Shown here: positions 57,701 to 64,000 of the stretch, piece by piece
Numbering within the stretch: position 1 is the stretch's first letter
Layout of the letters: every line of letters begins with the position of its first letter
From: the human T2T-CHM13v2.0 reference genome, Homo sapiens
Length of the DNA stretch: 64,000 nucleotides
Assembly: GCF_009914755.1 (NCBI RefSeq)
Contig: NC_060938.1
Strand: one strand, 5' to 3'
Translations under genes and position numbers: made by a program
Notes under the pieces: model-generated
Seen by the model: only the letters and a program-made list of their open reading frames with translations
What the model was told of the DNA's origin: nothing
Databases searched by the model: none

Positions 57701-59959
57701 CAAGCAGTGCTGTCTTGCTCAGTTGGGAAATTCCCAAGCACTTAAGAGTGTTAGGTAACAGGCAATATATATAAAAACAAAAAAGCCTCCATCTGTGCAA
57801 AATATGGGGTACTAATGTGGGACCTGTGACTTCCAATTATGACTAAAGTTTTGTGAATAATCCCTAACACAAATGCCTAACAAATAAAAATTAGGGCTAC
57901 AGGGATACTCAATGGTCAGTTACTTCATTTTGTTGTCTTCAAATGGCAATAAAATATATGTACCTCCCATTAACATTTTCCAGAAATTCCCAAATTAGAA
58001 AACAGACTTCCTTAGTAACTGTAAGATCACAAATATCAATGCCTTTAAGGAACAGCTAGCTTTACAGTAAAATAATTCTAAGTCTGAACTTCAGTCTAGT
58101 CATTCCTCTTTTGGGTTAGTGGCATTTTATAAAAAGACCATATAACACAAAATGATAATTAAATATAAATAAGAATAAAAATCAGGACCAAGGATCATAG
58201 AAATAGGGTTATAGCATCAAATCAGGGAAAAGAAAAAAACATGTGTTATACAGGTTCTATGGTAAAAGTAGAATGGAAACAGATTAAGTCATGTTAGGGA
58301 ATTTGAACATGGTTTTAGAAAATTAGGCAAGACTATTAAAATTCAGCTTGCATTTTAGAAATAAAAAAGTTTTTGCAGAGTTGAGGATTGCCTGAATGGA
58401 AATGGACAAAAAGACAAAGGCCAATTTGGAAAGTATCTCAGGGTCTCATAAGAGAGAAGACGTAGGTCTGAAATAAACCAGTGTAACATGATGAGGACTT
58501 AGGGACTCTCTTGAATGTAAAAGGTGAAAGAATTGGAAGACCAAGTCTAATGCTAAGATATCTAGGTTGGGGAAAGTGATTAGAGGGTGATGTAGTAAAC
58601 CATGTAGGAATATACAAGGGGATGCCAGGAGGTGCTGTATTGGCCTGGATTTAGGTCAGGTGGAAATATTTACTAGATAACCAGGGCAGCGTGGACTAGA
58701 GATAGTGTAGTTAACTGGGGGAGAACCAGGAAAGGTCCGTGTCCCCCAGACAGGAAACTTAATGCTGATGAGAAGAGCCCTAAGCAGATTCCATATCCCC
58801 CAATCCATAGAACACAGCATTTTCTTTTGGCTATATTCATCACCTGAGAGTTTGCTTTGCTCACATGTGTTTGCTTTATGGGGTACTTACCACATCTCAC
58901 AACTCTGCTCACATCTGCATTAACTTTTCCCTATAGACAATGGGGCAGGGACAGAATACCCCTCTCTACCAGCCTAAGGAACTCCTGCATTGTGTACAAA
59001 GTGGTAGCTAGCAGACGAAAGGCTCATGGAGACTGTGGCTTCCCAATTGCACAACTTCCCTGAATCTTTATTTTAAAAGTTTTCCATTCTAACTCTTCTC
59101 TTTATTTCTCTCTCTCTCTTTTTTTTTAATACTCAGGAAAATTTCTCTAGCTCCTTCCATATCATATCCCACTGGTTTTATGATATTTGCCTTGAGCTTG
59201 TCTGGCTATTTTTCTTTCTCGTGTGTTAGTACTAACCTCTAAAATGAGATTTTTTTCTAAGCGAATAAGCCCAAGTCAATATCTCTATTTTTATCTCAAA
59301 CACTAACCATGGTCCACGTGTTAAGCTACTAAATGTTCCCAAGAACTGTTTTTCTCACAGAAATCAGTCTAATTTATAGTTGGCCAAAATAGTGGTATTT
59401 TCCAATATCAGCAGCAAAGGAGCAAGGCACAGAACACAAAAGTGTCCAGATTTTTTTCATTGTGAAATGACCATTTGATTGACTGTAGCCAGGAAATAAA
59501 AACCACGAGGAATTCCAACATGTTAACACTGTTTATCCCTGCCTAATTGTACCATTAAGGAAAAGAGATTTAAATGCAATGTGCTTACATTCTATCTAGA
59601 GGGCCCATTCTTCAGTTCTGACTTCAACAACAGGACTAGGTTTACTGGCATTCATGTCCAGTGAAAGGAAGGCGGTTAGGAGGAGTCGCAATAACTTTCT
59701 CTTCTGTTAAGAGCTCCCGTAGCACTCAGCCACTCCTGGTGGTGTATCCTTGTGTTGGGTAAGCTACCCATATGCCAAATGCTTTCTAGTAGAGGTCCAG
59801 ACACATACAGGATTGAGGTCAGAGTCATTCACAGACATTCGAAGATATGAATAAAAAAACAAATCCTCTCAAATACGCAGAAGATAGGGTAGGGCTTCCA
59901 TTATAATAGTAAGTCAGAACACTAAATGTTAAAAGTGGTAGCTGGAGCAATATCAGAGC

Positions 59960-60190
59960 ATAGGCTCTGCAGGCAGCTCACCTGGGCTGACATCCCTCCC
60001 TTCCTTCATTAGTTGTGTTATCACGAACACGCTGCCTAACCTCTCTGAGCATGAGGTCCTCACCAGTAACAGGCAAAAATTATACTTCCTCTTTGGGTTG
60101 TCTTGAGGAGTAAACGAGATAGTTTATGTAAAGTGATTAACACAGTACCAGCACACAGAACTCACTGAACAGTAGTTACATTAATTATTG
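59960..60190 (+). mobile_element. MIR
   Basis: agagcataggctctg...cctgggctgacatccc...cctaacctctctgagc...tatgtaaagtgattaacacagtacc. Confidence 0.75.
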
Positions 60191-60639
60191 TGTTTGTCAA
60201 AATCATTATTAGACACCAAAAAGAAGAGTGTGGGGTGTCTTTGGAGGGGCTGGAGTACGGGCTACAAGAAGGATCTCTCCAAGCTCAGAAACCTAAATAC
60301 AGCATAGGCAGCAGCATTTCTGACATGAATGTCCTAGAAAGAGGATGATTTCTTCAGCCTTCCAGATGAATTCTTCGGCTTTCAAAAGTCCACGATCTAG
60401 TGTGGTCCCAGGATGTGTGTTCACCTGCCAGCCTGTTGGCACTTAGCCATTTTTGCACTGGCTGTGGCTCTTTCCCACAATGATATTACTAATGACATGA
60501 CAGACTCAAGTTTTGCTCTACTAAGAAACATATATATATATGCCACAATTCAATTTTAGGCTCTGATTCTGGAGTCCTGGGGTGTAGCTCCTTATTTCAA
60601 GAACAGAACCCGCTGTCAGCTTCCTCCTATTCAAGGAGG

Positions 60640-60788
60640 GTTTAAACAATCAGAGATTTGCTAATATGCAGTTACCTGGGTCCCACTCAAACCTACTGAA
60701 AATGAGTCTCTTGAGAAAGAGAGAGGAACCCAGGAATCTGCATTATAACAAGCAGCATTGCATGCATATTAAGATTTGAGAACCACTT
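60640..60788 (+). mobile_element. MER5-type hAT-Charlie MITE fragment
   Basis: atgcagttacctgggtcccactcaaacctactgaa...cccaggaatctgcattataacaagc...aagatttgagaaccact. Confidence 0.7.
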
Positions 60789-61282
60789 ACTTTAAGGGCT
60801 CATAATTTACTAGAGGATACACACATACAAGCTTTCTAAAATATCTGGCAGTCTCTGATAGGTACCATAATAAAGATATGGAGTACAGAGGCAGAACAAA
60901 GGAGATAAAGTCATTCCAAACTGGTAGATCTAGGAGAACCTCTCAGACTGGGAACTTGGAAGGTGGTTAGGATTAACAGCAGAAAAAAAGCTGGGCTAGG
61001 AATGAGGAGAAAAGGAACACAAGAGTTGTCATAGGTAGAGGAAACCAGATGAACAAAAGCATCCGGAGTAAGCATGTCTGGGGTATGTCTGAGCTGGTAA
61101 GTGTTAGTGGGGCCCAAGTGAATGGGCATTTGGGGAGGGGGTTACTATTTCAGGTAGAGAGAGGAAGGCTGTACCACTGGGTGAGACATAAGACTAAAGG
61201 CCTTACACACCAGTTGGGTTCTGCTAGTGTCTCTTTGCACTAAATCACTGGGAGGTTTCTGCAGAAAAGTAATATCAGATCT

Positions 61283-61917
<635 letters not shown>

Positions 61918-62618
61918 CACAAACAACAGGAGAGGTTTAGTAGGCTCTTGATGTTTTAAAAGTCCAAGGGAGTCTTTTAAGAGGTGACATATAAGTGTGG
62001 GTAATCAGTACCATGGCTCCTTCTGTTCTATTTTCTATGACCACTTAATTGCTGTGGTGGTTTGGCCAAGGGAAGATGCCTACAGACTAAGTGGCTTGGC
62101 TCTTATAATAATTCTTAATTATTATCAGTTGTTGCCTCCTGGTCCCCTGAGTGTAAATAAACAAAGGGTATAATGCTACTGATTGGAAAATCAGTGGTGA
62201 AGTCATGTAGACAATGGTTGTTTCATCTTTGCATAGCCATCTGTGTATGCATGTGTTTCTGTACACGAGGTTTAGCAATCAGAGCTGCTGAGCTCCTTAG
62301 AAATCATTTAGTTCAACTTGTTCAGACCACAGATGAGGAAACTGAGGGTAGAGGAAAAATGTTCTTTGCTAGAGACCTCAGCTCGGAAGCTTTCACAACT
62401 AACACTGACCGAGCATCCCAGGTTTGCATTCTGAGTACAAGGTCTTACAGGACAAGGTGTCCATTATGACTAGAAATTGACACATACAGGAAGCATTTAA
62501 TAAATATTCTTCAACTGTGATTCTCATAATCTCACCACTGGGTAATAATATTACTGAACCTTACTGAACCTCACTGAACCACATGCTTTTTTAACGGAGT
62601 ATTGAAACGGGAAGGGAT

Positions 62619-62939
<321 letters not shown>

Positions 62940-63139
62940 TTAGGTTTGAGTGCTGTCAGCCACTCATATGAAGGAAAATAAAGAGAATACCAAAAGCATT
63001 CTTTTTTCTTTAAAGGCATTTATGTTTATATAAAGGCATTAAATTATACACAAGTATGTGTATATGCATATGCAGACTCCTAGAAAAACCAGAAGAAAAC
63101 AAAATTGACTCTTACCAAACCTCTATAGAAGGAAGAATT

Positions 63140-63407
63140 TCTATACTCAGAGGCATCATTACATAGGCATGATTGATTATACCACTGGCCATTGCTGATC
63201 AGCTTGGCCTTCAGCCCTTCTCCGTTCCCCAGAGGTTGGGGGTGGGGATAAAACTCCCAACCCTCTAATGCTGCCTTGGTCTTTCCAGTGACTCTGAACC
63301 TATCAGATGAAAAAACACACAATAGACAGCACTTTGAAGATTTCAAGTATTTTAGGCATTATGAGCTAGGAATGGTGGACGAAACCAATATATATAATAA
63401 CACCACA
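63140..63407 (-). mobile_element. MER21-family LTR 5' fragment
   Basis: Reverse complement resembles the start of the element at 7997 (ccaatatatata...caca; aaccctctaat; tgattgatta...ggccattgctgat). Confidence 0.7.
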
Positions 63408-63720
63408 ACCGTACATAAATTTGATTTCTAAATTAATTTCAATAAAATTAAAGCACTATATTAGACAAAAAGTCAATAGTAACTTGTCTTCCCCTTTATT
63501 CCAGTAAGAATGTTTGGAATATAGTTCCTAGGAAATAAGAAAATTCAAATTACCACAGACATTACAGAGACATGTTAACAAACTTTTCAGAGAAATTATT
63601 CCATGCCAGGAGAAATTAGGAGTGCTTTTTTCCTTCACCAAGTAACAATTAGAATCTTGTGAGGTGGCCACTACCATAATCACCATTTTACATAGGGCAC
63701 CAAGAAAGTGAGTAACTTAT

Positions 63721-64000
<280 letters not shown>

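Noticed and set aside
62551-62580. Three copies of a 10-mer (ttactgaacc), plus similar micro-duplications at about 4208, 26783, 27787 and 31515
   Set aside because: Ordinary slippage products without spacers; not an array.

Overview
Human genomic DNA (a near-consensus AluYa5 supports human origin) from inside STXBP6 (amisyn), which is transcribed on the minus strand. The window holds two internal coding exons, 21240-21370 (131 nt) and 20149-20314 (166 nt), encoding part of the N-terminal PH-like domain. The rest is intron, filled with Alu, L1/HAL1, L2, MIR, LTR (MER21, MER34/39-like, MLT1, MLT2, MST) and DNA-transposon relics (MER53, MER91, MER46C, MER5). Almost all ORFs in the track are spurious. 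The most interesting observations are: (1) a heavily decayed, isolated olfactory-receptor pseudogene fragment at about 35550-36075 on the minus strand; (2) a 43-nt candidate poison exon at 47972-48014 with a full set of splice signals; (3) the two exons total 297 nt with matching outer phases, so a back-spliced circle would be an ORF with no stop codon; (4) a 61-nt hairpin with perfect 20-bp arms at an L1-L1 junction; (5) a 270-bp tandem duplication and a local inverted-repeat/inversion structure. I see no evidence of a wholly new multi-gene system. Repeat subfamily calls come from remembered consensus sequences and their boundaries are approximate.
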